Assembly (NCBI GenBank): GCA_036172245.1 | Contig: JAYWIR010000012.1 | Location: 3,782,001 to 3,846,000 of the forward strand | DNA length: 64,000 bases | Source: Raillietiella orientalis | Lineage: Eukaryota | Direction of reading: 5' to 3' | In this document: positions 13,066-24,955 of the stretch, in pieces | Layout: each line of letters opens with the position of its first letter | Position numbering within the stretch: the stretch's first letter is position 1 | The notes under the pieces: model-generated | The model's database searches: none | Told to the model about the DNA's origin: nothing | The model's input: only the letters and a program-made list of their open reading frames with translations | Position numbers and translations under genes: made by a program

Positions 13066-16000
13066 GAGGCTTCAGGATACGGCGAAAGGGGATGCCTCTT
13101 GTTTCGGTAAGGGGGGAGGAGCAGAGGGAGGAAGAGTGCCTGGAGCAGGTCCGTCATCCCTCGGCAAACTTAGATCCGCAGAGAGAGAAGCAGCCTTCGT
13201 TAGGGAGCCCCTCTGCTGGCTCATCCCTTCGGCGGGAACGACCCCACACAATCCCTTCGGTCCATCCCGTCCTCTTCCTTCGGCGGGGGCAGATGGTCAT
13301 TAATCATTCTCGCCGCAATCCGATTCCTGCTTTTCTCCCCTCCCCCATTTTCGAAAGGGATTCCAGCTCCAGATGATTCCCTGAGGAAGGGCCGGCACCG
13401 CAGCAACCAAGGGCGCGCAAGCCTTCCGTGGGTCTAGGCAGGAAGAGGCGGCGGCGAGGTCTCCTCCTCCTCCTTTTCTACTCCCCTGAGCGTCGGGACG
13501 GGAGACGTTCTGGTGGGATTTCAGTGTTCCCCCGTCCCTTTCCCGCAAGAACCACCTTGTCCTCCTCAGAGGATACGAAGGGAGAACTGTCTCTCCGGAA
13601 CCCTGGGAATGGGACGGACTGGCCCGGCGGTACTCCGTTCGATTCCCGAGACCCTTCGTCTGACCGGGAAGGGACGGAAGGGGGTTGGGGTATTGGGTCA
13701 TCTTCCCGCAATAGTACGAAAGCCCTCTGAGCCTCGTAATCCTGAAAGGGTCATTTCATGGCCCTTTCCGCTCAGACGGCCACGCGATTCCTTCTCTTTG
13801 GCGGTCACCAGCCGGCCACAGGTGGAATCTCACTCGATGGGGCAGCCGATGAGCCGCCCAGAGAAGCGGGCATTTCCTTGAACGGGCCCCACGGAGCAGA
13901 GGCGTCGGGTAACGGAAGCGCTGCGCATCCGCTATCGGCTCTCATCTCCGACCCAGCATCCGCAAGGCGCCTCCTCTCCGCGTTCTGTTCCAGGAGGAGG
14001 AGGGAGAAGGAGGGAGGGAGGAGAAATGGAAGAGGAAGTGCATGAGGAAGGAAGGAGGTGGTGGCGGAGGCGGCGTGCCCAGAAAGGGGAAGGGGAGAAC
14101 CGGAAGCGGACCCACCTTCGCCGTCGTCGCAGCGCCTACTTAGGGCTGCCCTTCGTTGTTTCGGAGTTCGTCCGAGCCGCAGCGCTGCGGGCGCGATCAG
14201 CGGTACGCGTGAAGGACCCGAGCAAACCTCAGCAGGCAAGCATGCGGGATCGGCGAACGTGCAAGACCGCTTCGACCTGCCCGCCTCGGGGCACTGGAAG
14301 GATTCTCCCGATCCCGACCCGTGCTCGCAGTGAGCACGGGGCGGCACTCCAGGGAACAGCCGGCTGCACGAAGAGGGAAGGGCCAAAGCAAGTACTCCAA
14401 GGCAGGAGAGATGCCGGTCTTGCCTTGCCTTCCGGGTGCCCTCCGCTGTCGCAGCTGCTGGAATCCTCGCCGCCCTCTTGAAGGTCGCGCATCTACCGCC
14501 CGGAAGGTTGCCGTAGTCATCCTGGAAGGATCAGGAAGGGCTCGCCATGATGGAACCGGGAACGCTGCTCTTCTGCGTGGAAGGCAGAGGAAAGCTGGAG
14601 GCATCAAGAGGGCTTTTGTTCTACCCCTTATCTGGCTGCTCCCTGCTATTTGTTGCCGCGGTTCCGCATCTCTGTTGCTAAGTAACTCCCTCTTCTCGAA
14701 ACTTGAGCATCCTTTCTTCCTCTCCTCCTCCTCCCTCTCTTCCTTCCTACTTTTCCTTCCCCCCCCTGCTTAAGGCCTTCGTGACTCAGAGAAGCCATTC
14801 GGATGGGAGCGCATCGGTGAAAAGGCAGCAACTTCCCCCTGAGCCTGTACCATACCGGGTTCGCTTTCCTCGGAGAGCGGTCTCTATGGTTCGCGAGGGG
14901 AAAGGGGGCACCGAACTTTTGCTGCCTCCAGGAACGTTGCACCCAGGGCACACATCCATCCTAAACGACCACACGCTGCTGTTTGGAGCCTCGAAACCCC
15001 TGGGGACGCCTACGGAAGGGGTCAGTTCCCAAGGATGCGGTTGGAGAAATGAGAGAGTGAGGGGGGGGGGGGTAGAGGGCGGGTGCACGAAAGTGATGTG
15101 GTCTCTCTCATTCTTCTACCGGGAGGACACGGCCGCAAGCAGAGCGGGAAGAGGTCGAGAGACGGGCAAAGGGTTCCATGAGGGGACGGCTGGAGGGAAC
15201 TTGCCGACCTGCGGTTTGTCGGGCCCGGCGAAGCTGTGGAGTAGCTGTCTGCTCCCACGGAACCGAGCGACCCCCATCCTGGAGGCGCAGCTCACTCCTC
15301 TCTCGGGGGGAAAGGGCACTCCCCACTTTCGGGAGCACACCTTCGTCCCCCGTCCTGCCTCCCCTCTTTCTTCAGAAGCAAGATGGAAATCCCCGACTCC
15401 TGGGAATCGCTCGTTCCTGGACGGGAGGCGAGCACCCTGCCCAAATTACCGCCCTGGAGCGTTCTCGCGTGCCTGAGTTCCCGAACGCCTCCTTGCTCCT
15501 CCCGTCGCCAGCCGGGAGGTGCGTCCCTGGAAAAGCGGGAGGAGGCGGTGGAGAGAGCGGGACAGGATGGAAGGCGCGCCGGATGCCGTTCCGGAGGGAA
15601 TCCGGCAGAGCAGTTCGGTCGTCCCTCAGGTGAGGAAGGAAGGAAAGGAGGAAAGCAGGAGAGGGCAGTAGGGGGCTCCGGAGGAAGGGCGACCTCGCTA
15701 CTTCGAGGGAGGAACCTACTTGCCCTTACGCAGGATCGTGGGTGGCTCCCGGAACCTGTGGAGGCTCCTGGGAAAGGAGAAAGTCGCGAACTTTGTTAGG
15801 GGAGGCAGGGGAGGCGAGGAAGGATTTCTCGTCCCCATCCTCCTTCCTTCGCATCCCGAACCTCTTGGGAACGACTAGCGGGCCTCTCCCTCCCCCTTCC
15901 CGTCCTGCTGGATGGTGAGGGAGGCTCTGGGTCGGCTCCCCTCTTTCTCCTCCTCCTCTTCCTCCTCCTCCTCACGATGTCTTCCTTTTCCTCCCTGCGG

Positions 16001-19000
16001 CAGCTCCTCCCCGCGAGTCCCAGGGATCCAGTGGGATTTTTTTTTCCGATTCGGACGCCCCCCTCAAACGACTTCCACCCCCCCCGTCCCCTCCCTTCCT
16101 CCTTCCCTTCCTCCCTTCCTCTCCTCCCTTTCCAGTCAGGCTCCCGGGTGGAGCCCGACTGGAAAGGGCCGCCTTGTCCCCCTACGGAGGCAGAGAGAGC
16201 CTCAGAAGGGAAGTCTTCGGGGGGCTGAGGGAAAGGGAGAGGGGGAGCAAGGGTAGGACCACCCCTTGGGGCCGAGAGGAGCCACCTTCCTCCCCCAGGA
16301 CTCCCCGGAAGCGTCGTGCTCTCTCCCGTCCCGGGTGGCTAGCCTTCCGGGACGCCCTCCGTGGCTCCTTCCAGACCCAGCTGCGAACCCGACGAATGCC
16401 ACGGCCGCTCGGATTCCTCGATGTTGTCAAGCAGCATTTCCTGGGAAGCAGCTGGGCAGCCGGAATCCCCCTCGCGTCTTCCTGCCAAAGGGGCTGAAGG
16501 AGATTGGTTATTGTGGAGGGGCGGCTCCCTTTCTTCGGGGGACGCCAAGGAGAGGGAGAGGTGGGCGAGGATGAAGATCGAGGAAGGACGGGAGCGGGTG
16601 GCGTCCCCTCAGTCTCCCTGGGGTCTCCCGACACGCCCCGCTTTCCCGTTCCGTCCTCCCGGCTCTCTCCTTTCCTGGTCCCAAGGTCGGGGTGCGACTG
16701 CCCTTGGGAATGCCTCGGTCGCCACCGGAGTCGGCCTCCTCCTCCCTTCTTCCTCGCGCATTCGCGACCACCGTCGCCGCGAGCGCTGCTCCTGCCACCT
16801 TCGCCGCTCCCAGGAACTGGACCGACCGTTGCCACCGCCGCCATCACTGTGTCCCCATTTCCGACGCCACGCTGTCCTTCCCTCCACCCCATTTCATCAC
16901 CATCGTCAGTCATCACCGCCACTGCTTTTTCTTCTTCTTCTTAGGAAGGTCGATGACCCTCTGCCCCCTCGTAACGTTCGGTTGCCTCTGTTCCTGGAAA
17001 CCGGGCTCCCTTTCTTCGTGCTTTAAACTGAGCGCTACGGTTGCTGATGTCACTGTCCCCAGTTCTCCCCTGCCCTGTTACTGCGGTTCCCATCGCTGCC
17101 AACACACCCTCGCGTTCACGCGGTTTCTGTGAGGTTCCTTGCCGGGGAACTCACGTCGTCAGGGTGACGCGCCAGCGCCTTTCATGCCCCCGAGACGTCT
17201 CTGGCCTCCATGGAGGTAGTGCTCTGTCCGAACAATGGCTTTCTCCTTCCTCCTCTCTCTCCCTCTCTTTTCTTTTCCTCTTTCTTCCTCCTCCTGGATC
17301 GGCCGTTTCTGAAGCCCCGGAAAGGGAGGAGAGGGAAGAACGGGGCAGAGCGGTTGCCGTGCAACTGTGCCGCGTTCTTGGGCATGCCCTTGCTGCTCCC
17401 TTCCGCAGCGTCAGAGGTGTTGTTCCGCGGACCTCCCTCCCCTCCCTCTTGCTCGGAGACCACAGTGTTGGTCGCCCCTCCTACAAGGTGGTGGCGCGAC
17501 AACCTGGCAATCCCTCCCTCCTTCTCCCCACTCCTACCCCCACTTCGAATTCCTTTGTTCCTCCTTTCCTCGTGACGCGCATTCACTTTCTGCCCCTTCT
17601 GCACCAGACCTCCTCTTGTAAGTGAGGAGTTCCCACGTGGTTCCTAGGTTTCCATGACGGAGGAAGGTGCACGCCCAGTGGTGGTGACTGGATTGCTATG
17701 CAGGATCTGACGCCGAGCTCTGCGGAGGACGAAAATCCGAAGCGTGGGGCCCAAGTCCCGTCGAACCCAACCTGGCGCGGTCAGGTGAAGCTGACCCCTT
17801 GGGTAACCCGATGCGCCTCCCGGTTCATGGCTGCTAGGGGTCATCGGAACGTCAGGGGGGTGGGTGAGGGCGAAAAGATGAAGAAGGGAGAGCATGGCTG
17901 GGTTTGAGGCAGCGGAGGCTGAACTAACCCTCCGCAGTCCGCTGCTGATGAGGTCATCATGCGGCGCCAGAACAGAGCTCCCGAGGGCAGACGCTAGGCT
18001 CCTAAAAGAGGCACGAAAGTAGTATGAAGCATCCGATGGGGTGAGAGAGCCGCTCGTGGCTCCAGCTGTGGGTCACGGCGGACTACGGCGGCGGCGAGAC
18101 GGGGGAGCGCGCCCCTCCCCCCATAGGAAGAAAGCGGTTCGAAGAGGTGAGGTAAGAGCAGTGGGGGATGGGGAGACAGCAACACTAGGACAGCGCACCC
18201 CTCCCTCGACTCTTCGAGAGCATTCGGCCCGAGGTATCCGACGGATGACATCAGCCCGCGTGTGTCCCAAGCCGAGGAGCTGAGAGAGGAAGCTGCGCAT
18301 GCTCCGTGTCCCTATGACAGCGTCCTCCCTTGTTCCCGGAAGGGGGAGGTGAGGTTCGAACGAGGTCCAGATCGATTTCTTCCCTCCCCTGGCAGGCATC
18401 CTTCTTTCTCGAAAGCGAAGACCCGCCGACGCCGGTCTCGGACTCGCAGGAGCTTCGGAGGAAGGGGGGGAGGAAGAGCCTTCTCTGACGGGGAGGACGA
18501 GGTGCTGGGTCGGACCGAGGCGGAGGCCCCCGAAGACTCGCGCCCTGGAACGAAGTGCCCGCTCAGCGCTGTTGGCATCCCTGCCGATATCTCTGTGCGC
18601 GCGGGCTGAGTCACCCGGCAAACATCCCGGATCGAACGTTCCCGAAGATGTCGAGGGAGCGTGGTGGGGCAGAGTCGTTCTCGTGCTGCCCTCCTTGACG
18701 CCACCGCCGCCGGCGTTTTCCCTGTCCATTCCCATCGATGCTGCTCTTCTCGGTGGAGGGCAGAGCCAGCGCGTCACCTCCGTCTCCGGCGTCTCCTCGG
18801 TCGCTGCTGCTGCTGAGGCCTTCCTCATCTTCTCCTCCGCGGTCCACGCCGCATCTTTGGTGAGCTCCCTTCTGCTTTGGGAGGGTAGGTGGACCTTCGA
18901 ACGGTATCTGACGGGTGGACGCACGTCGGTCCTTTGTCGTGGGGAGTGGACGAACTCGGAGGAGACCCGGAGCGAAGAGTAGGTGCAGCGACGCTCCCTG

Positions 19001-19637
19001 GAGGTACCCTCCCCCGTTCCCTCCCGTGCCCCTCCTTCAACCTCTTTCCAGGAGCGCAGAGGCGACCAAAGGTGAGGGAGCTTGAAGCAGTGGCAACCAG
19101 GCACGCGCTGAGGGGAAGACAGAAGGCCGACGAGAAAGATGGGAAGGTGACCTCCCGAGAGCAGCCCCACGCTCACGCCTTCTCCCCGGCAAGCAGCCGA
19201 CTTCGCAGCGCCCCGTGTGAGCGATTGTCACGTGCGTCAAGGCTCCTCCCCCTCCCGGAAAGGAAGACTGAATCCTTCCCACCTACTGGCATTCACCCTC
19301 CCCCGTGTCTAGTGGGGAGGGTGCGCTCCGTACAGGATTCCCCAAGTCGAAGGACGTTGGAAAGCGCTCCCGTCCGTGCACCAAGCTTCATGACATCCCC
19401 TCCCTTTCCGGCAGAGGGGAGACCAGGAGCAGACGGCGGGGCGAAGGGGACGTACAAAACGAGACCTTCCGGAACGCCACCTCCACCCTCGCAGCTGAAT
19501 TGGGAGTCCTGTGCCTGCGAAGGGCTCCTGGGAGGCGACCTCAAGTGAGGGTCCTGTTTCCGGGCTTCGGTAGGAGAAGAAAAGTCACACGCCAGAAAAG
19601 ATCATCGGGCACCTGAGATGCGAAGGAAGGGAGGACG

Positions 19638-21059
19638 TCTGCGAAAACCGGTTTTTCATTCTTCCTGGGGACCTCCTGAACACGAACTGGACCTCTTTAG
19701 CTAAGGGGGCACCCTGAGCTAAAGAGGGACGAAAGGGAAGGGTGCGTGAGAGGGTTTTCCGAGGGTACAGGAACAGAGAAGCGCTTCCCCTTGAGGGAGG
19801 AGGAAGAGAGGTGATGAACGAGGAAGGGAGGAAGAGGTGGAGGGAGGAGGAGGAGGAGGAAGAGAGAAGGATCAAAGAAGGGGGGCGACGGACTAGCTCC
19901 ACCTTCACCACCGCCTCTGCCGCTATTCCTTCTTCCTACCGCACTCCATCCTTCTGGCAAAGGGGGAGAGAATGGCGCCTTCACCGAGAGCGCGTGGAGT
20001 GGTGAGGGATGAAGGAGTCCGCTGGAGTTTTCCTGCGTATTCTGGAAACTCCCTATACCTTCTAGACAGTCCTCCGGGGTAAAAATGGGGAGCGCTGCCA
20101 ACACCTGTTCCGTTTTGCGGCATCATAATGTGCCCAGTGGGGAAGATGGGTCCTGGGCACGAGGGATCGCTCGCTCCGCTCTCCCTCCAGGAAGCTGCTA
20201 GCAGACGTGCCATTCGATCCTGGGATACAAGTGGTGGGAATCCTCTACATAATTGTTCCTGGAAGGTAGGAGGGGTGCAAATCTGGCCCTCGGGAGAAAC
20301 CCACCTGGCCCCTGGGCGGCTGTGGATCCAGGACACCTCTCGCTGAGGACCGAAGCGATCTCCCCTGTCGAGGAGGACGACGGAAGGAATGAGTCCAGCG
20401 AAGGCACCGCCAGGATGTACCTGTTGTCCTCCCACTGGAAAGCAGCACCTTCGTAGCTGCTGCCTCCCCTCCCGGAGATCATTCTTCGGCGCATCCAACC
20501 GGCAGTTGCAGTGTGGAACTATGTGGCACCTCGTCGGCGTTCCCCGTACACCTTACATTTTCCCAGCGCCTCCGACGGTGCGCCCTCCAGACCGGAAAAG
20601 AAGGCAGATAGGGCACCTTCTTCCTCCCCTTTCATGACAGTAGAAAAGGGGACTCAGGAGAATGTGGGGAGTGAAAATAGGACCTTCTGGCACCCCGTTT
20701 CCTCTTCTCCCTTTCTACAACTCAAGGTTCTCCGTAAGGGTGACCCTTCACTTCCTCCCTTCTCCCGCCCTCTCCATGCCTCCCTTTCTCTTCCTCCTTT
20801 TCCTCCCTCCCCCTCCTCCCACTTCCTCCTCCTGCTTTTCTCTCTTCCTCCCTACCTTCCTCTCCTTCCCTCCTCTTCTCCTCATCGTCTTCTTCCCTTC
20901 CTTCTCTTCCTCCTCCATCAGGGGGAGATGCTTCTCTGTTGTTGCATCCACGGAAAATCCTTGCGCGCCCTTTCCTTCCGTCCCTCTTTAGCTCAGGGGG
21001 AAGGCCCGGTACGTGTTCAGGAGATCCCAAGGAAGCATGAAAAAGCGGCCCTCGCAGAT
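19638..21059. repeat. Diverged inverted repeat pair: 19638-19880 vs 20750-21059
   Basis: Shared blocks ctcctgaacacg, ccctgagctaaagagggacg and aacagagaagc, followed by GGA/CCT tracts in opposite orientation. Confidence 0.8.
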
Positions 21060-22199
21060 CTCCCCCCAGAACTACCATCTCCCCCTTCCCCTTTCTTCGA
21101 TTCTTCCTCCGCTTCCCCACCCTTTTCACTCGTCCTCCTCCGTCGCCACTACGACCTCCTCCTCTACCGTGAAAAGAAGGAACATCACACTCTGCCAGCC
21201 GTGCTGTCTGCTGGAAGGTCCTCTTTCTGCTGTGTACGGTGTTGGCCGGGCATTCCCTGGAGGAACCGCTTTCTTCTCGATGCTGTGATGAGAAGAACCG
21301 ATGGGAACTCCTGTGGCAGGACAACTTGACTGCCAGCTGACTTTTTTTGCTCTTCAGCTACGTCAGAGACCAAGGTGAACCCTAAGCCATGTCTAGAAAT
21401 TGTTCTCCTTCCCCCCCGTCGCGTGTGTGAAGGGAACAGTCTCTCCCGCCAGGGGATGCCAGCCTTGAGGGCTCTTTTCGCAGTCCTCTTCTACCCGGCC
21501 GATCGACAGACCGCCTGCTCTTCCGAGGGGTCAGCGTCAGTGCGTCTCGTTTTCTCCGTGAAGGGAAGGTGGGGGGACACGAAGTGGCCGCTGCTCCTGA
21601 AGAGAGACTTGAGCGCCGTTGAGCGTTGACGTATGAGGGGCCGCCATGGTCTCGGTGGCACCTCTTGTCCCCGCTCTTGACTCGCGTCTCTTCTCCACTC
21701 CCCAGGGCTCACCTTGCTAGATGGCACTTCCCCCACCCTCTACCAGCCCTCCTCCGACTTCAAGCTGGCGGTGCCCCCATCGCAGTCTGGAGCTCGAGGT
21801 CCGCCTCTCCTTCTCCTCCTCCATCACGAACTTCCAGCCCTTGTCTTGAGTGAACCCGCCTCTGTTATCCGTGGAACTCTCGTCCCCTTCGGGGCCTCCT
21901 GTGGACCCCTTTCGCCCCCTCGGACTTCTTGTCGGCGAGACACCTGCAGGGCTGGGCGTGTCTTGAGCGCTTCCTTTGCTGCTCAGGTGCGTTCCGGTGG
22001 CCTGCCGTACTCTTGCCTTTCGGCCCTAACCTTCCCCGTTTGCCAACTCCTCCCAGACCCTTACCATTCAACTTCCCCTTCTTTCTGCTTCCTGTGCAGA
22101 CCCATCCTCTTCCCTCCGGAAGTTGGACCCGTCGCACTTCCTCCCCCTCGGAGTCCTTTATCACCCGGTCATGCCTGGGCATCTCGTACATAATTCAAT

Positions 22200-22990
22200 A
22201 AAAATACATTTTTGTGGTAGAACCGCTGGTTCTACCACGTCACTTCGGCAGCGTTGTGGGAGGGGAAACAAAAATACACAAAAAATAAACACGCAAAAAC
22301 ATGGGAGGGGAAAATATACACGGGGAGGGGGGAAATAGGAAGGGATCACGGTACGCTGCCAGGCGTCCTCTGCATCCTGTTCAGGATGCTGTCAAGTTCC
22401 TCGTCCCGCCGAAGTGGGGCCACCTTGAGGCAGTCTCCAGGAAGATCCACGCCCAGTGGATGACGTCCCTGCCATTTCGGTCCTCTTCTTTCCGCGTTCC
22501 AGGCTGCCATGATCCCGCGGAGACAGCAGGGGACTGCGCGGGACTCGGACGGCGGCAGTGCGGCACCACGCGCGAAGAAGCGTCTGAAAATTTCCCTGGG
22601 GGGCCCGCCCTCCGGGATTTCTAGGGTCGTTGCGAAACGATCCCAAAAGGGTAGGAGGGAAGCACAGTCCAACAGAAGATGCGGGAGGTCCTATCGCACT
22701 CTGAGCGCCCCGCTCTCCGCTTCCAGTGCGCTTTGCACGGGATTCCTCCATGCACCATCAGCAGCAACAACTCCTGCCACTTGAGAGGGAGAGCGCCACT
22801 GTTCCAACACACTGGGAGCCACTTCACCTCCTCCGGAGAGATGCCTAGCAGCTCTCCTCAGCCTAGAAGTCTGTGGGGTGGGAAACTCGGTGTCGTAGCG
22901 ACCATGACCTCCCGAGTTGTCCACCCGCCCAGAAGTTTCATCTTTGCTGCTGCTGTGCAGCACGTCACTTCTCACCTTACCGAGATTACG
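22200..22990 (-). mobile_element. Second degenerate Tx1/L1-like 3' fragment (zf-RVT and 3' UTR)
   Basis: LPLKWQELLLLMVHGGIP...HLLLDC...DSILNRMQRTPGSVP* (stop at 22346), colinear with the 6750-7400 copy. Confidence 0.8.
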
Positions 22991-23479
22991 CTGTTCTTGC
23001 GTATCTCAGGGAGGACAGCACTGCGGCAAGGTGTGGGGTCTCTAGAGGATGATGGCTGCACTTTGGGATTCTCTTCTGTCTTCGCCGCTTCTCTAACTTT
23101 TTTTCTTTCAGGTTTCTTCTTTTTGGTTCCCAAGGAGTGTCGAAGAATTATCCGCCTCCTCTGGTTGGGCTCACGTGGCTCTTCAGCGCTGCCAACATCA
23201 TCCGAAAGCGTGTGTCAACCTTTCAAGCTTGGGGACAACCCTGTAGGGACCGCCCTATCAATCCAGGAAGGGCTCTGGAGGAAGGCGTCCGTTCCTCACG
23301 CCTGGGGGGAACCCCGTAGGGAATCACCTCTTCCTTCTTCTTTCCAGATGGATCCTTTGGAGGGGGCCAGTGCTGGATTTCTTCTCTGGAGGGACCCCTC
23401 GGAAAGATCCGCTCCTGAATTTCTTCTCCGTAGGAAACTCGCAAGGGTTTGCTATCTTCGAGGGATCGCGGCGGTCTGG

Positions 23480-23630
23480 TAGAAGAGGGTCGAAATGCTA
23501 GGGGCGCCATCCACTGGGCGCGGATCTTCCTGAACACCACCTCCAGGTGCCTCCACCTCAGTAGGACGAGAACAGAACATCCTGTACAGGATGCAGAGGA
23601 CTTTGGCAATGTACCGTGATCCCTTCCTCT
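23480..23630 (+). mobile_element. Third short fragment of the same LINE ORF2 C-terminus, in inverted orientation
   Basis: Reverse-complement similarity to 22337-22480 (atccactgggcg..gatcttcctg; catcctg.acaggatgcagagga; gtaccgtgatcccttcct). Confidence 0.75.
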
Positions 23631-23949
23631 GCTTGTATCTTCCTCCTCTGGAGAGAACCCTGAGGGGACGCTTCCCAATTTCTCTGGAGGGCGTTCCCCG
23701 AAGGGAGCAGCGCGCTTCTGGCACTCTGAAAATGCAACTTCCCGAGGGGGGTATCAACCAGCTTCCAACCGGAGAGGAACCCGAAGGGAATCTGGAAGGA
23801 CCCCGGAGGGTCGACTTTCAATCCTGGCCAGTCAGCGGGGCCATCCGGCTTCTCCCAGTATCGCACCCGAAGTCCGTGAGCCAACCTGCATCATCTTGCG
23901 GGGGAGGAAAGTCGAAACCACGACGCACTTCCCGTTCTCGGCATCGATC

Positions 23950-24028
23950 CTTTGCAGGGCGGGATTCGAACCCACGACACCCAGTGCCGCGCGCAGAGGC
24001 GGCAGCCACGCGGCCGGCAACCCCGGCT
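23950..24028 (-). mobile_element. tRNA-derived SINE head or tRNA pseudogene
   Basis: Minus strand shows an A-box-like ccggccgcgtgg and a B-box GGGTTCGAATCCC (plus-strand 23961-23973) at tRNA-like spacing; no convincing acceptor or anticodon stem. Confidence 0.55.
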
Positions 24029-24689
24029 CCCTCCCTTTCCTGAACGAGAAAAAGCCGCGGAGGCAAGAGGTCCTTTCGGTGTCCGCTGACATCAGAAGAT
24101 AGTCGACAGCCCAGGGGCAAATTCTTTCTCGATTCAGATGGGAGAGAAGCGCCAGAGTTGGGGTCTGGTCGAATCTCCTGGGAAGGCAAAATGGGTGTTT
24201 ATGAAAAGCGACTGTGGTGAAGGTGGCCCTTCGTGGGGACCTTGGATGTCATCCCGGCAGCTCTTTCGGGGATTCATCCCGAACTCTGGGCGCGACGGAG
24301 GAAAGGAGGGAAGGGGGAAGAATGACTGGACCCTATTTGACCCTCGAGAGAGGCAAGTTCTTCACTACGTTCGGATAAGGCGGCCTTCAGCAATGGAGGC
24401 TCCCATTCCTTCGTTCCAAGGGTTCGGGGAAAGAAAGTTTCTTGCCGTACCACTTGAGCTCCTGGTTACTCCATCACTGGCATGCCGGCGCTCTTTATCT
24501 CGTGGAAGCGCCATCCGTTTTTGCCGGAAGGACGCGCGCGTTCTCCTTCTTTTCTGCCCCTGTGGATGCTCTCCGCCGGCGCCTGCTCATTTCTCCGACT
24601 CTCTGAGTTCGCGAGTGCCACCTGGTGACGGTTGTGGCGCAGCTCCTGGTGCTTTCTCGCGGAGCGCTCTTTCCGCTTCACTCTGGCAG

Positions 24690-24813
24690 GTTCTCAGGAG
24701 CGGAAGAATTCCCTGGAGAAAGAGGACAGCAGCTACGGAGAGACGCGCGGATCCAGATGGGATTAGGCAAAAAGAGGATGCGCACGCTTCCAAGAATATT
24801 TCGTTTTTTGTGA
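24690..24813 (+). CDS. Candidate exon 2 of the neuropeptide-like precursor (predicted DARIQMGL-amide)
   Basis: Acceptor ctctttccgcttcactctggcAG in phase 2; (R)FSGAEEFPGERGQQLRRDARIQMGLGKKRMRTLPRIFRFL*; the 3' boundary is uncertain. Confidence 0.5.
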
Positions 24814-24955
24814 CGAAAATTGTTTGATTTAGCATTGCTGATACTATTCCTTGCAGCTATTGTTGCTGACACCTCCAGTATTTAAATCGTCCTGCAGAGA
24901 GGCCTTTAGGGAATGAAAGTAAAGGGAACTTTTATCAGTTATGAAAATGAACCAG

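Larger units (their letters stand above)
10085..14200. repeat. GC-rich interspersed repeat family fragments: ~10085-10145 (-), 10987-11140 (+), 11437-11495 (+), 14010-14200 (-)
   Basis: gacgacggcgaaggtgg.tccgcttcc at 10989 recurs inverted near 14100-14128; ccgaaacaacgaa at 11476 recurs inverted near 14152-14164; ccactcccatg at 11120 recurs inverted near 10105. Confidence 0.75.

Noticed and set aside
654..19548. Long ORFs in the GC-rich block (654-1712, 1685-2989, 5469-6464, 8317-9354, 18073-19176 and others) as genes
   Set aside because: Arg/Pro/Ser/Gly-rich low-complexity translations overlapping in several frames, as expected from high GC and repeat tracts; no coherent domains
23950..24028. 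Functional tRNA gene
   Set aside because: Only the T-arm/B-box is good; acceptor and anticodon stems do not pair convincingly
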